From NCBI GenBank assembly GCA_039208735.1, contig JBCCQY010000018.1, positions 19,702 to 83,701 of the forward strand: 64,000 nucleotides of DNA. The letters run 5' to 3'. Positions 1 through 10,086 of this stretch are shown in pieces. Every line of letters begins with the position of its first letter. Positions within the stretch are counted from its first letter, which is position 1. This stretch comes from Myxococcota bacterium (lineage in GTDB: Bacteria; Myxococcota_A; UBA796; GCA-2862545). The translations under genes and the position numbers were made by a program. The notes beneath the pieces were generated by a model. It was not told where the DNA came from, did no database searches, and saw only the letters and a program-made list of their open reading frames with translations.

Positions 1-393
1 TGAGATTTCGACCGTGCCCGAAAGCGATTCGGGTCCGGCGTCAGACTCACCTTGATTGGTCTTTTGGTCGAGCCGCACGAGCCCTCCTTGGTTGGGCAGC
101 GAGGATTCATGAACGGTGGTGGCGATCAAGCCTTCCGAAGTGGAAACCGCTTTCATCCGGCGACTAACATTCGAGGACGCAAACATCACGATGGTGTTCA
201 AGTGGGGGTGTGAAAAGCAAGACGGCGACTCGCCGGGGGGCTTTCGCCCCACGGACTGCCTCCGATTCATGACGCACAGACTCCCAGAAATCCGCTACAG
301 AAACGCATCTTCGCAGGCAAGCCGCTGCGAAGCGCGTGACTTAGCCACCAAGGCTACTGAGCACAGCGATGCGGATGCGCGCTGTGGGGTCTT

Positions 394-3072
394 ATGCCTG
401 CTTATCAATCACCAAACGATGCCTTTGTCGGACGCGAAGCTGAACTTCAGGCCCTTGATGAGGCGGTGGAGTTGCAAACTCGACTGGTCGCGATCGTTGG
501 GATGGGAGGCATCGGCAAGACACGACTCGTCTACGAATCCCTGCGAACCAGCGTGAATGTTCGAGTGGTAGAACTTGCCGCTTGTGCAACAGAGGAGGGA
601 CTGCTGGCTGCGGTAGCGGCGGTTCTGAATCCACGCGGTTCGACAACAGGCTTCGATCTGGTGGCGACGATGGAGCGCCTCGGGACGTTCACCCTGGTGC
701 TCGACGCCGTTGAGAGTGTCTTGGACCACCTGTTGTCGCCCCTCGAGCAATGGTTGCGGGACGCCCCCAATGTGCGGTTTGTACTGACATCGCGCCTGCC
801 GATTCACATTCGTGGGAGCCACACCCTCCTTTTGGGGCCGTTGTTGCCTGACGACTCGTTCGAACTCCTCGTCCGTCGGGCAAAGGAAAGCGATATCCGG
901 TTCGATCCCACCTCCCAAGCCGATGAACTCAGAGGCGTGGTCGCTCGCCTGGACGGCATTCCCCTCGCAATCGAGCTTGCATCTGCGCGTTTGCACGTGT
1001 TGTCGCCCCGACAGCTCTTGAAACGGCTTCATGACCGGCTTTCCATCCTTCGTACCGACCGCAGCGACGTGTCCCCTCGACACACCGGCCTAAGGGCCAC
1101 GCTGGACGATGCGTGGAACACCCTGAGTCCGACCGATCGCACATCGCTGTCGGCCTTGTCGATTTTCACTCATCCCTTCGAGGTGTCGGCAGCCACCACC
1201 GTACTTGGACTCGAAGATGACGCCGCGCTCGATTGCATCCAGCGCTTGGTCGGCCGGGGATTTATCCACGTTTCGCCAAACGATCCGGAGCGCTATCTTC
1301 GAATGGTGGACGTGTTGCGCGAGTACGCCGCGCATGAGTTGCCGGAAGCTCGTAGTCTAGAGGTTCAGCGCCGTCATGCGCAGCACTACAGGGATCAGTT
1401 CGCGGAGCTTCTTACGGCGCGGGGCATGAATCAACTGCTTGCGCAGCGGCTCTCGTTCGACAATCTCGACCAAACGATACCCCACCTCGACGCAATGTTG
1501 GACCGACCGGGCCTCGATTCCGACCTACGCCGAGACGTAGGAATCGTGCTGGCCGCCCTGCTCATTACCCACAGACCGGTCACGAGCCTTCATCGTGCGC
1601 TTCAGGTTGCCCGAGAGGAGGCCATTCAGACGTCTCGACGCCGGCTTGCGATCGTGGTCTTCCTCGAATCCATCTCGAGGGACTTTTTGGACACGAACGT
1701 TGCAGAGCTCGACGATGTGATCGATGCCTTCCGGTTCATGGAAAGCATCGGCGATGAGCCAGGTTGGGCCGCACTATTGGCCGGAGACATTAGCGCAAGA
1801 GTACGGTTTTCAGACTTCGAATCTGCACTTCAATGGGCGGACACCGCCCAGGTTCATGCCGACGCCTCTGGGAATGCCGACATCAGGTTCTACGTCAAGA
1901 ACCTTCAGGCGTCTTATCGCTTGTTCGAGCAGTCGCTGCCTGAATCGTATCGTATGCTGAGCAAGCTTCTCGACGATCCGTCGATGAGCCGCGATGCAGC
2001 GTTCAACTGGTTGATGAATCGCGCATGGTTGTTGTACGAGCTTGGCACACTCGATGAGGCGATCGCGGATATCGAACGCGCGTTGGACATCGGGTCAGAC
2101 CGGACCGAGCCCATCGCCCGCGTTGGTGCCTTGACCCGTGCCGCAATCCTCTACTTTGCCGCGGGTCGTCGAGAACTCGCCTACGCAAGCTTGGGGGAAG
2201 CCTGCTCCCTGGGCGACCGCTACGGCGTTCGAGATGATGGTGCCTACGGCCGAGTTCACGTTCGAGGACTATTCTCGCTGGCTGAAGGGCGAGATTCCGA
2301 CGCTGCGGCGGCCATGGAATTGAGCGAACCGGTGGGAACCCCTCGCTCGACCCGGGGGCTGGTGGCGCTGTTCTCGGGCGATTTGGGAGCTGCTCATGCC
2401 CATCTGAAGGCGGCCCTACAGACCGCACGGGCATCGACAGGTCAAGGTCTGCGTACGGCGTTCTACGCCATTGCGCTTGGGCGCCTTGGCCAATCACAAG
2501 AAGCTTTGCAAACGATGGAGCAAGCCTGGTCGCAAACCACGCGTTGGCAGAGTCGTCGCGTCGACGCCGTTCTCGATGTGCTGGACTTGGCGCTTACGCT
2601 CCATCAGGGTCGTCCAAACACCATCTCCGAGGCCTGGGCACGGCTCAATGCACAACAGCGTTCAACCGAACCCCAATTTCCGATGTTGTTGATCGCAACT
2701 CGCCTTTTGCGAGCGGCACTAGAACACGTGGGTTCACCGATCGTCGTCCACGTGGGGCCTGATGTCGCATGGGTTCAAGTCAACGATGCTAAGCCGATGG
2801 AACTCACGCGCCGACCGGTCTGGCGATCCCTTCTGCATAGGCTCGTCGAGGAATATCGCGCGGCGCCCGGGAGACCGATTCCGGCCCAAACGATGTTGGA
2901 CGCAGCATGGCCTGCGGATCGCTCCCGACGGGAAACGCTTGAAAACCGACTGTGGTCGGCATTGTCGAAAATGCGGCGAGCAGGCTTGGGGGAGGTCATT
3001 CGGCGTGTTGAAGGCGGGTATCTGATTCCTGAGGCGGTTCTCGTCTTCTCTCGTGAAACGCCACTGGGCTAA
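394..3072 (+). CDS. STAND/NB-ARC-type ATPase with TPR-like region and C-terminal winged-helix domain (AfsR-like regulator)
   Basis: FVGREAEL, Walker A GMGGIGKT, LVLDAVE, LTSR, LDGIPLAIELA; helical repeats; C-terminal LDAAWP...NRLWSALSKMRR...GGY resembles an OmpR-type wHTH. Confidence 0.85.
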   Translation: MPAYQSPNDAFVGREAELQALDEAVELQTRLVAIVGMGGIGKTRLVYESLRTSVNVRVVELAACATEEGLLAAVAAVLNPRGSTTGFDLVATMERLGTFTLVLDAVESVLDHLLSPLEQWLRDAPNVRFVLTSRLPIHIRGSHTLLLGPLLPDDSFELLVRRAKESDIRFDPTSQADELRGVVARLDGIPLAIELASARLHVLSPRQLLKRLHDRLSILRTDRSDVSPRHTGLRATLDDAWNTLSPTDRTSLSALSIFTHPFEVSAATTVLGLEDDAALDCIQRLVGRGFIHVSPNDPERYLRMVDVLREYAAHELPEARSLEVQRRHAQHYRDQFAELLTARGMNQLLAQRLSFDNLDQTIPHLDAMLDRPGLDSDLRRDVGIVLAALLITHRPVTSLHRALQVAREEAIQTSRRRLAIVVFLESISRDFLDTNVAELDDVIDAFRFMESIGDEPGWAALLAGDISARVRFSDFESALQWADTAQVHADASGNADIRFYVKNLQASYRLFEQSLPESYRMLSKLLDDPSMSRDAAFNWLMNRAWLLYELGTLDEAIADIERALDIGSDRTEPIARVGALTRAAILYFAAGRRELAYASLGEACSLGDRYGVRDDGAYGRVHVRGLFSLAEGRDSDAAAAMELSEPVGTPRSTRGLVALFSGDLGAAHAHLKAALQTARASTGQGLRTAFYAIALGRLGQSQEALQTMEQAWSQTTRWQSRRVDAVLDVLDLALTLHQGRPNTISEAWARLNAQQRSTEPQFPMLLIATRLLRAALEHVGSPIVVHVGPDVAWVQVNDAKPMELTRRPVWRSLLHRLVEEYRAAPGRPIPAQTMLDAAWPADRSRRETLENRLWSALSKMRRAGLGEVIRRVEGGYLIPEAVLVFSRETPLG

Positions 3073-3074
3073 AG

Positions 3075-4844
3075 ATGGGACCAGGAGACGGAATTGAAAG
3101 GACACTCGTGATGGACGCCGCGTCTCCCCGAGGACCCGTCGCCGCCAATCCGACGGTGCGGAAGCTCGCTTCATCTCGCCAGAGATTCGCCGCATGCCTT
3201 AACGATGTGGCGCGTGCGATGTGCGCCGGGCGTCCTGAACGGACTCCCGTCCATCTCTCCGAGGTTCCCAGGAGGCTCGAGACGGAATTGGCAACGTTGA
3301 TTCGTTGGTTCCATCACGAGACGAGCACCCAGTATCCCGAGGCCAACTGGTCGGATTCTGATCTTGCGGCGGTTCGATCACGTGTCGTCGCTGCGTTTCG
3401 CTTGGTCGTAGGTGACACCTATCGTGTGTTGCGAGAAGAGACGTTTCGCACCCGATTGGACAAACTAGTGAACGAAGCGCGCTGGCCTGATGTCGCCATC
3501 ATCCTCGAACGCCAATTGGTGTTTGTATTCGATGATGTCCAACTGCACATCAGTGAGGGGTTTGCCGACCTCGATCAGCTTCTTCTACCCACCACAACAC
3601 GAGGCACGATGAGAACCGAGTGGGCTTCATCCGGCCTTGTCGAACGCTCCGTCACCATGAAGGCCACCGAACTTTCCGAGACGCCCATCATCATTGCCGA
3701 CCGTTACGTCGTCGACAGTGTGGTCGCTCGACGCCCTCATGCCACGGTGTATGAAGCTCATCGCGAGGACATCGGCCTGAAGGTCGCCATCAAGGTTCTC
3801 GTCGAGCAGCTGCACCTTCAGCAGTCCAAGAAATGGGCGCGATTCAGGCGTGAAGCCAAGCTGCTTGCCAGAGTGACCAGTCCTCACGTGGTCTCGCTCT
3901 ACGATTATGGATTGCATCAGGACAACCTGTTCCTCGCCATGGAGTGGCTGCCCGGACGCACATTGTACGACATTGTACAGAATGAGGGGAGCCTCCCGAT
4001 CGGTCGTGCGATCGATCTCGTCGAGCAGCTCGTCACCGGGCTCGCGTCGATCCATAGCCAAGGCATCGTTCACCGTGACATCAAGCCGTCGAATGTCATG
4101 GTTACGCGCGGACCAGATGGCGAAGAGCACCTCCAGATTTTCGACTTTGGGATTGGCAAAGATCTACTTGAACCTGGTTCGCTCACCAGCATGGGAACCC
4201 TGGTGGGGAGTCCTCGGTACCTCGCCCCCGAACAGGTCCAAGGTCTCGAAGTTGGCTCATGGACGGACCAGTATGCGGTTGGCGTGACCTTGTTTCACCT
4301 CCTGACGGGCGACTACCCTCATCCGTCCAAAACCATTCCCGAGATGCTCTTTGCGACGGTGCATCGAGCTCCTCGAGAACTCGGCGAGCTGCTGGATGCC
4401 TCCATCGACCAACACCGAGCCGCTGCGGATGTGATTCGGCGGTGCCTCCAGAAACGGCCGGAAGACCGATACCGTGACACATTGGAGCTTCGAGAAGCAC
4501 TTCGAGCGGTTCGACGACAGCCTCGGGAGCCCCTGCCGGCGTTCGTAAGGAGCGTTCCTGCGCGCCGACCGAGGTTCAACCCCAGCGTGACCCTGACCGT
4601 TAGAAGGTTGAGTGAGTTCGCCATTCCTACGCCGCTCACGATTCCTGCGGGCCCTCCGTTTCGCAGATGGAGGGCCTTGCCCGGCTTCTTGGCCGTTGTC
4701 GCCCCGGTCGCGACCGTGTCCATGGGGCTAACCATCATCGTGTTGGCAGACCGGGTGAACTCCATCGAGTTCATCGTCTTGCTTCAGTTGGTGAGAACCG
4801 TCACCCGAGGGGTGATTCCCCAGCTGGGTTTGATCATCGGGTGA
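3075..4844 (+). CDS. Ser/Thr protein kinase with unknown N-terminal domain and C-terminal hydrophobic segment
   Basis: VAIK, HRDIKPSN, DFG, YLAPE, DQYAVG; starts 2 nt after the STAND stop. Confidence 0.9.
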   Translation: MGPGDGIERTLVMDAASPRGPVAANPTVRKLASSRQRFAACLNDVARAMCAGRPERTPVHLSEVPRRLETELATLIRWFHHETSTQYPEANWSDSDLAAVRSRVVAAFRLVVGDTYRVLREETFRTRLDKLVNEARWPDVAIILERQLVFVFDDVQLHISEGFADLDQLLLPTTTRGTMRTEWASSGLVERSVTMKATELSETPIIIADRYVVDSVVARRPHATVYEAHREDIGLKVAIKVLVEQLHLQQSKKWARFRREAKLLARVTSPHVVSLYDYGLHQDNLFLAMEWLPGRTLYDIVQNEGSLPIGRAIDLVEQLVTGLASIHSQGIVHRDIKPSNVMVTRGPDGEEHLQIFDFGIGKDLLEPGSLTSMGTLVGSPRYLAPEQVQGLEVGSWTDQYAVGVTLFHLLTGDYPHPSKTIPEMLFATVHRAPRELGELLDASIDQHRAAADVIRRCLQKRPEDRYRDTLELREALRAVRRQPREPLPAFVRSVPARRPRFNPSVTLTVRRLSEFAIPTPLTIPAGPPFRRWRALPGFLAVVAPVATVSMGLTIIVLADRVNSIEFIVLLQLVRTVTRGVIPQLGLIIG

Positions 4845-4992
4845 CCTGAGGCGGTGGTGGCGCGGCCTTTCCGAGATGGAGGCTTATTCCTTGCCCGTTC
4901 TAGCGTGGTAAGGTCGCGCGTAGAGAAGCAAGGTCGACCAAGGTCCATGGAATCCCGCCCCGAGCTAGTCACACGGCCGGGCTGGAGGATCC

Positions 4993-6687
4993 GTGTCGCG
5001 CTTCGAGCTGGGACGAAGCAAATCTCCCCGCCGACTGACCGTCTCTGTAAGGCGCTCTGATCTACGTTTTCGCGCGTTCCATCGCGCCATGGTCCTTCGA
5101 TTCTCTAGGTCTGCAGAAGTGTTTGCCGATGAACCTCTACCCACAGCACCTCATACGCCACAGCCCCTCGTCGACGCACAGCGGTTCATCGGGCGAGAGT
5201 TGCCAAGACTCATGAAGGTCGTACTCGCGGAGGCGGCCCGGGAGTTTCCGGAACAGGTCACGAGTCGTTCCTTTAAACGGCTTCAAGAAGAACTCGAGCG
5301 GTGCGTCGAGAGCATCATGGTATCAGCCAGGTCCGTGCTTCTTCACCCTTCCCTCGCCGACGAGGTGGTTCAGTTGCGAAGGTCGGCGAGGCCTTTCAGC
5401 GAGATATCGACGCGCATTTCCGATGCCACGAGCGAGGTGGTGCAGCAGATCCAAGCCATGCTCGAGTCGTGGCAAACTTCGGTCGAACATGAGTTTGTAG
5501 AGGATGGCGCCGTTCCCACGGTCTTGATGTGGCGTGAAGGACGACCGTCGGTTTCGAGGATAGAACACGAATTTGCCTCTGTCTCGTTTCTCCCTGGCAT
5601 TCCCAGGGGTCAAGACGGAAGGGTCGGAACGGTCATCGGCGAACGGTACCGAATCAAGCGGCTTGTGGCACGAAGCACCCTCAGCACCGTGTACGAAGCA
5701 CGACACCTTCAGACCGGCGCGCCCGTAGCATTGAAGCTTCTCACCCATGACGCACGGAGTGCGGATGCCCTTCAGTCCGCATCGCGGTTCAAGCGAGAGG
5801 CCCGTTTGCTCGGGCGCCTCTCGACGCCTCGAGTGGTACGTGTGTTTGACTGTGGAGAAGACGCCTTGGGGTTGTACCTCGCCATGGAGTGGGTTCTTGG
5901 GCAAACCTTGCAATCGCGACTCTCTGCAAGCGGCCCACTTTCGATGTCTGAGGCGGTGGCGTTGGGGGTGCAGATCGCCCGAGGACTCGCCGAAGCCCAC
6001 GAACTCGGCATCATCCATCGTGACGTTAAACCATCCAACATCATGCTCCTCCCACGAAAGGACCAATTCGAGATCAAGCTGATCGATTTTGGTGTCGGGA
6101 AGGAAATCGCGGATACGGCCCAGCTGACGATTCAGAATGTGTTGGTCGGAAGCCCCCAGTTCATGGCGCCCGAACAGATTCGGGGTCGAGCGGTCGACGG
6201 ACGCACCGACCAATATGCATTTGGCGTCACCCTGTTCAACCTTCTCACAGCCGAATTCCCGTTTCCTCAGATGCCATTCAACAGCATGCTGTTGGCCCAT
6301 CTCTCACGGACCCCTCGATCGCTTGTCGAGGCCCTTGGCGATTCAGACGATGCGACCGCCCGGTGTTCCCAGATCATCGCTCGTTGCATGGAAAAGGAAC
6401 CCGCCTCACGATTCCGAGATATGTCAGAGTTGATCGATGCCCTCGCCCGTGTTCCGAAATCTAGGTCTCATCACAGTACGGTGTCGCAACATGACCAATG
6501 GTCCGGCGAGGGGGGCGCCTCACGAGCCTCACGAAGCAGGGCCTCGCAACGTAGACGACGGATGCGGCTGCTGTGGCGATGGTCGTTTCTGGTTGTTGTG
6601 GGTGGCTTGGCCTGGGCTTTGGGGGCAGGGCTCGTCATCATGGGTCTCTTCGCGGGCATGCGGATGCAACATGTTTTCGGTCAGTAG
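4993..6687 (+). CDS. Ser/Thr protein kinase (paralog of upstream gene) with C-terminal TM helix
   Basis: VALK, HRDVKPSN, DFG, FMAPE; GGAGG upstream of the GTG start; start uncertain. Confidence 0.9.
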   Translation: MSRFELGRSKSPRRLTVSVRRSDLRFRAFHRAMVLRFSRSAEVFADEPLPTAPHTPQPLVDAQRFIGRELPRLMKVVLAEAAREFPEQVTSRSFKRLQEELERCVESIMVSARSVLLHPSLADEVVQLRRSARPFSEISTRISDATSEVVQQIQAMLESWQTSVEHEFVEDGAVPTVLMWREGRPSVSRIEHEFASVSFLPGIPRGQDGRVGTVIGERYRIKRLVARSTLSTVYEARHLQTGAPVALKLLTHDARSADALQSASRFKREARLLGRLSTPRVVRVFDCGEDALGLYLAMEWVLGQTLQSRLSASGPLSMSEAVALGVQIARGLAEAHELGIIHRDVKPSNIMLLPRKDQFEIKLIDFGVGKEIADTAQLTIQNVLVGSPQFMAPEQIRGRAVDGRTDQYAFGVTLFNLLTAEFPFPQMPFNSMLLAHLSRTPRSLVEALGDSDDATARCSQIIARCMEKEPASRFRDMSELIDALARVPKSRSHHSTVSQHDQWSGEGGASRASRSRASQRRRRMRLLWRWSFLVVVGGLAWALGAGLVIMGLFAGMRMQHVFGQ

Positions 6688-6737
6688 TCCTCCGGGGTTT
6701 CCAGCGGAAGCCCCACTCCTGCTGGAAAGGAGCGATC

Positions 6738-8516
6738 ATGATTCTGTGGAGCCTGTGTGCCGTTGCGATGGGTGTGGACCTCGTTGTGGGACCATCCCCC
6801 ATGGGAGTCTACGCGAGCGTGACCGATGCCCTCCGTGATGCAAACGATGGCGACCGTATCCTGCTTCTATCGGGAACCTACGTCGGTTCATTCGTCGTAG
6901 CGGACCTCGACGTCGTTATCGAGAGCGTCGAGCCTCGAGGCGCGATTCTGCAACCGGACGATGAGTTTGGCCATGTCGTGGAGGGGTCGGGGGCATTCGT
7001 GACCCTACGCGGCGTGGTCATTGACGGTCGGGGGACCTACCCTGGCTTTTGGGTCCAGAATCGAGGGCATCTCCAGCTCTCTCGCGTTGAAGTACGCGAT
7101 GTGAAACGAGCTTCATTTGTATTGGATGGAGCCGCTGTCGCCGTATCGGCGAATAGCTCGCTTTCAGTCGTTGACTCCGAATTCGAGTCCGGACATGCCG
7201 CCGATGATGGAGGATTCATCGCAATGCGAACGGATTCGGGCGCATTGACGGTGTCCCGCAGCCGGTTTCGCTTGGGCATAGCGGAACAAAACGGTGGGGC
7301 AATCTATTGTAATGGCAGTGCGGAATGTCGGATTTCGGAGTCCACATTCGAGTTCAACATTGCCGGGGTTGGTGACGAAGGTGGGGGAGGAGCCTTGTGG
7401 GTCGCGGGTACGCGAACCCGGGTCGAGCGCTCGCGTTTCTGTGACTCTGCAGCGCACCAGGGAGGCGCAACCTACGCCGTAAACAGTGAGGTCGAGATTA
7501 TTGCCACCCTCTTTGACGGGAATCGTGCAATTCTTCAGGGTGGAGGTTTGTTTGCAGGTCAAACGAACGGGCTCGCTACACAGGGAAACGCCGTGGTTCG
7601 GTCACTTGGCAACGTGTGGCGCGGCAATCTGGCGGATCGGGGAGGGGGCGGTTTCTTTCGCGGCGATGCAGACTGGATTGGACACGGCGACATCTATGCG
7701 AACAATGCGTCGTCGGTGCCCACTCCTTGGTCGGCCCTAGAGGCTGAGCCCTACAACAATGGGAATCCATCGGCGTTGCTGGACTGGAATCTACTTTTTG
7801 ATTTCTCGGGTGGAACGCCGTCGACGCTTGAGGACGCGCCGCCATCAACCGTGGTTTCGAACCTGATTCTGGCAGATCCTCAGTTTCTCGGTGATGGTCC
7901 GTGTGATCCTCGTGCTGCCCAGTTTGCGGCCGGATCTCCAGCCATTGACGTCTACTCGGCGGCGCCCGACCCGAGGAATCCGCCTACGCTGGTCTATCCC
8001 GATGTTCTGTTGGTGGATCGAGATGGAACAGTGGCCGACCTTGGACTCTGGAGTACTCAAGTCGGGATGGCCGATGCGGATGAGGATGGGTTCATCGCGG
8101 GGATTGAAGATTGCGATGATGCAAATCCCAACATTCATCCGGGCGCTACCGAGACCGTCGCAAACGGGACCGACGAAGATTGTGATGGAGGAGATCTGTG
8201 CTTTGCAGACCCGGATGGGGATGGCGTCGGGAAGGTGGGGATGGTGCAAGCCAGCACCAACCTCTCGTGTGCCGAACCTGGTGAGGCGTCCGTCGCGGTC
8301 GGTGAGTCGGTTGGGCCTGACGATGAGCCTGCAACGCCCCCCGACTCCGTTGATGAAACCATGTCCCCTCAACCCGACGAAGCCATCGACGCACCAGCGT
8401 TCTGGTTTTGCCAAACCGCCCGACCGCCAGCAGGTTCGCTAGTGGGACTCGGGCTCTTGATGCTCACCGTTGGCCTTCGGCGCTACTCGCCTGCAGGCTC
8501 GCGAGGTGTCGAGTAG
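6738..8516 (+). CDS. Secreted beta-helix (polymorphic-membrane-repeat-like) protein with MopE-type metal-binding motif and C-terminal sorting tail
   Basis: AAGGAG before ATG 6738; signal peptide; repeated GGAI/GGAL..F..N; DCDDANPNIHPGATE..NGTDEDCDG; C-terminal FC..TM..RR. Confidence 0.75.
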   Translation: MILWSLCAVAMGVDLVVGPSPMGVYASVTDALRDANDGDRILLLSGTYVGSFVVADLDVVIESVEPRGAILQPDDEFGHVVEGSGAFVTLRGVVIDGRGTYPGFWVQNRGHLQLSRVEVRDVKRASFVLDGAAVAVSANSSLSVVDSEFESGHAADDGGFIAMRTDSGALTVSRSRFRLGIAEQNGGAIYCNGSAECRISESTFEFNIAGVGDEGGGGALWVAGTRTRVERSRFCDSAAHQGGATYAVNSEVEIIATLFDGNRAILQGGGLFAGQTNGLATQGNAVVRSLGNVWRGNLADRGGGGFFRGDADWIGHGDIYANNASSVPTPWSALEAEPYNNGNPSALLDWNLLFDFSGGTPSTLEDAPPSTVVSNLILADPQFLGDGPCDPRAAQFAAGSPAIDVYSAAPDPRNPPTLVYPDVLLVDRDGTVADLGLWSTQVGMADADEDGFIAGIEDCDDANPNIHPGATETVANGTDEDCDGGDLCFADPDGDGVGKVGMVQASTNLSCAEPGEASVAVGESVGPDDEPATPPDSVDETMSPQPDEAIDAPAFWFCQTARPPAGSLVGLGLLMLTVGLRRYSPAGSRGVE

Positions 8517-8865
8517 CGGGGACGGTGCACGGCGGCGTCGTGGCTCGGTGCCCAGGTTGGCGCTTCCAGTGATGCAGCACGATCAGGCGCAAGCTTTGCT
8601 TGCTCGAAATCAGAACAGCAGCAAGCAAAGCGTGCAGGCACTACGCGGTCAGCTTTCGTCGCTTCGCTCTTGCAAGCTGATCAGGCTGCAGGAGCCGCAG
8701 GCGACGAAGCCTGAAGCGCGTAGGGCTGCAGGAACAAATGAACAAATGTCCTGGCACCTTGGTTCTGTGACGAAGCCCAGCGCTGATCACCGCTGGCCTT
8801 CGGCGCTACGCGCCTGCAGGCACTACGCGGTCAGCTTTCGTCGCTTCGCTCCTGCAAGCTGATCA
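8464..8865. repeat. Cluster of palindromic REP/BIME-like repeats
   Basis: 35-nt unit at 8464-8498 and 8787-8821 (2 mismatches); 51-nt unit at 8633-8683 and 8815-8865 (1 mismatch); degenerate inverted copy at 8678-8730; perfect 12-bp IR at 8593-8604/8620-8631. Confidence 0.8.
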
Positions 8866-9004
8866 CCGTCAGGGTTCTGCAAGGTGGACCCCCTAGGTTC
8901 CCTTAGCTGCCGCGAACGGTCCGGCAGCCCAGTCACGCTCTAGGGCGACTGGATCTTCCCGATCCACAACCGAACCCGAGATCGGCAAACGCAGAGGAGA
9001 GCGC

Positions 9005-10084
9005 ATGAAGGACATTGCAAAGTTGGTTGGGTTGTTCGCCATCGCGTGCGTGGGGACTGCACCGGATGAGCCCATCACGCCCACCTACGGAGCGAATGCA
9101 TTCGCCTATGAGGCGATGGGCTTCGATGAGATGCTGGCCGATGGATTGACCGGTTCAGGCGTTTCCGTATGCGTCGTCGACACGGGAATCGACGATGCCC
9201 ATCCTGCTTTTGCACACGTGCTCGACCGGGACCGCTTGGCATGGGCCGATTTCACGACCGAAGCATCGCCTGTCCCAATCGACACAAACGGTCACGGCAC
9301 GCACGTCGCGGGGATCATTGCCATGAACGAGTCACTCACGGGAGGTGCCCCGTTCATGAACCTGCAGATCGCTAGAGTCTTTACCGAGTCGGGCGGTACA
9401 GACAACCAAACCATTGCCAACGCGGTGGACTGGTGCCGCGAACAAGAAGCGGACCTCATCTCGATGTCGCTTGGCGGGTTGACACTACCGGCGATCGACG
9501 GGTTGCTTAACCAAGATGCGAGCGTAAGCGAGGCCGCGGTCGAGCGAGCCCTTGATGCGGGAATCTACGTGATTGCAGCGGCGGGCAACACGGAAATCAC
9601 ACGAGATGTTGCAACCCCTGCCAACATTCCCGGGGTCATCGCAGTGGGAGCGCTCAACGAGGACGTCGCCACCAAAGCCCCCTTCAGCCAAAGCGGACTG
9701 AACGACGGGATTGTCGTCGTCGCTCGCACAGACCCCAACAAAAAGCCGGAAGTCTCCGCCCCTGGTGTGACCATCACCTCGGCGATGGCCGCAATGTCCC
9801 AGATCGCCAACGACGTCGATGAGTGCCAAGGCACGTTGTACTGCCCCCTCAACGGAACCTCGCAAGCCACGCCGTTCGTGGCCGCCGCGCTGGCGTTGGT
9901 TCTCGAGGCAGTTCCTGAACTGCAGGCCGACCAGGCCGAAGCCGCGAACCCCAGGGACAACGTCTTTGCCGTGAAACAGGCGCTATCGCAGACGGCGGCG
10001 TCGTTGCCAATGCAGGATGAGCCCCATGACGACGGGGTCGGGTATGGGCTCATGGACACACCAAGGCTCTTAGACCGACTCTGA
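9005..10084 (+). CDS. Subtilisin-like S8 serine peptidase, probable lipoprotein
   Basis: VVDTG, HGTHVAG, AAGN, GTSQATP; lipobox-like AIAC. Confidence 0.92.
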   Translation: MKDIAKLVGLFAIACVGTAPDEPITPTYGANAFAYEAMGFDEMLADGLTGSGVSVCVVDTGIDDAHPAFAHVLDRDRLAWADFTTEASPVPIDTNGHGTHVAGIIAMNESLTGGAPFMNLQIARVFTESGGTDNQTIANAVDWCREQEADLISMSLGGLTLPAIDGLLNQDASVSEAAVERALDAGIYVIAAAGNTEITRDVATPANIPGVIAVGALNEDVATKAPFSQSGLNDGIVVVARTDPNKKPEVSAPGVTITSAMAAMSQIANDVDECQGTLYCPLNGTSQATPFVAAALALVLEAVPELQADQAEAANPRDNVFAVKQALSQTAASLPMQDEPHDDGVGYGLMDTPRLLDRL

Positions 10085-10086
10085 CC

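Noticed and set aside
8464..8865. Possible CRISPR array
   Set aside because: Only two copies of each unit, irregular spacing, mixed orientation, and no cas genes in the window.
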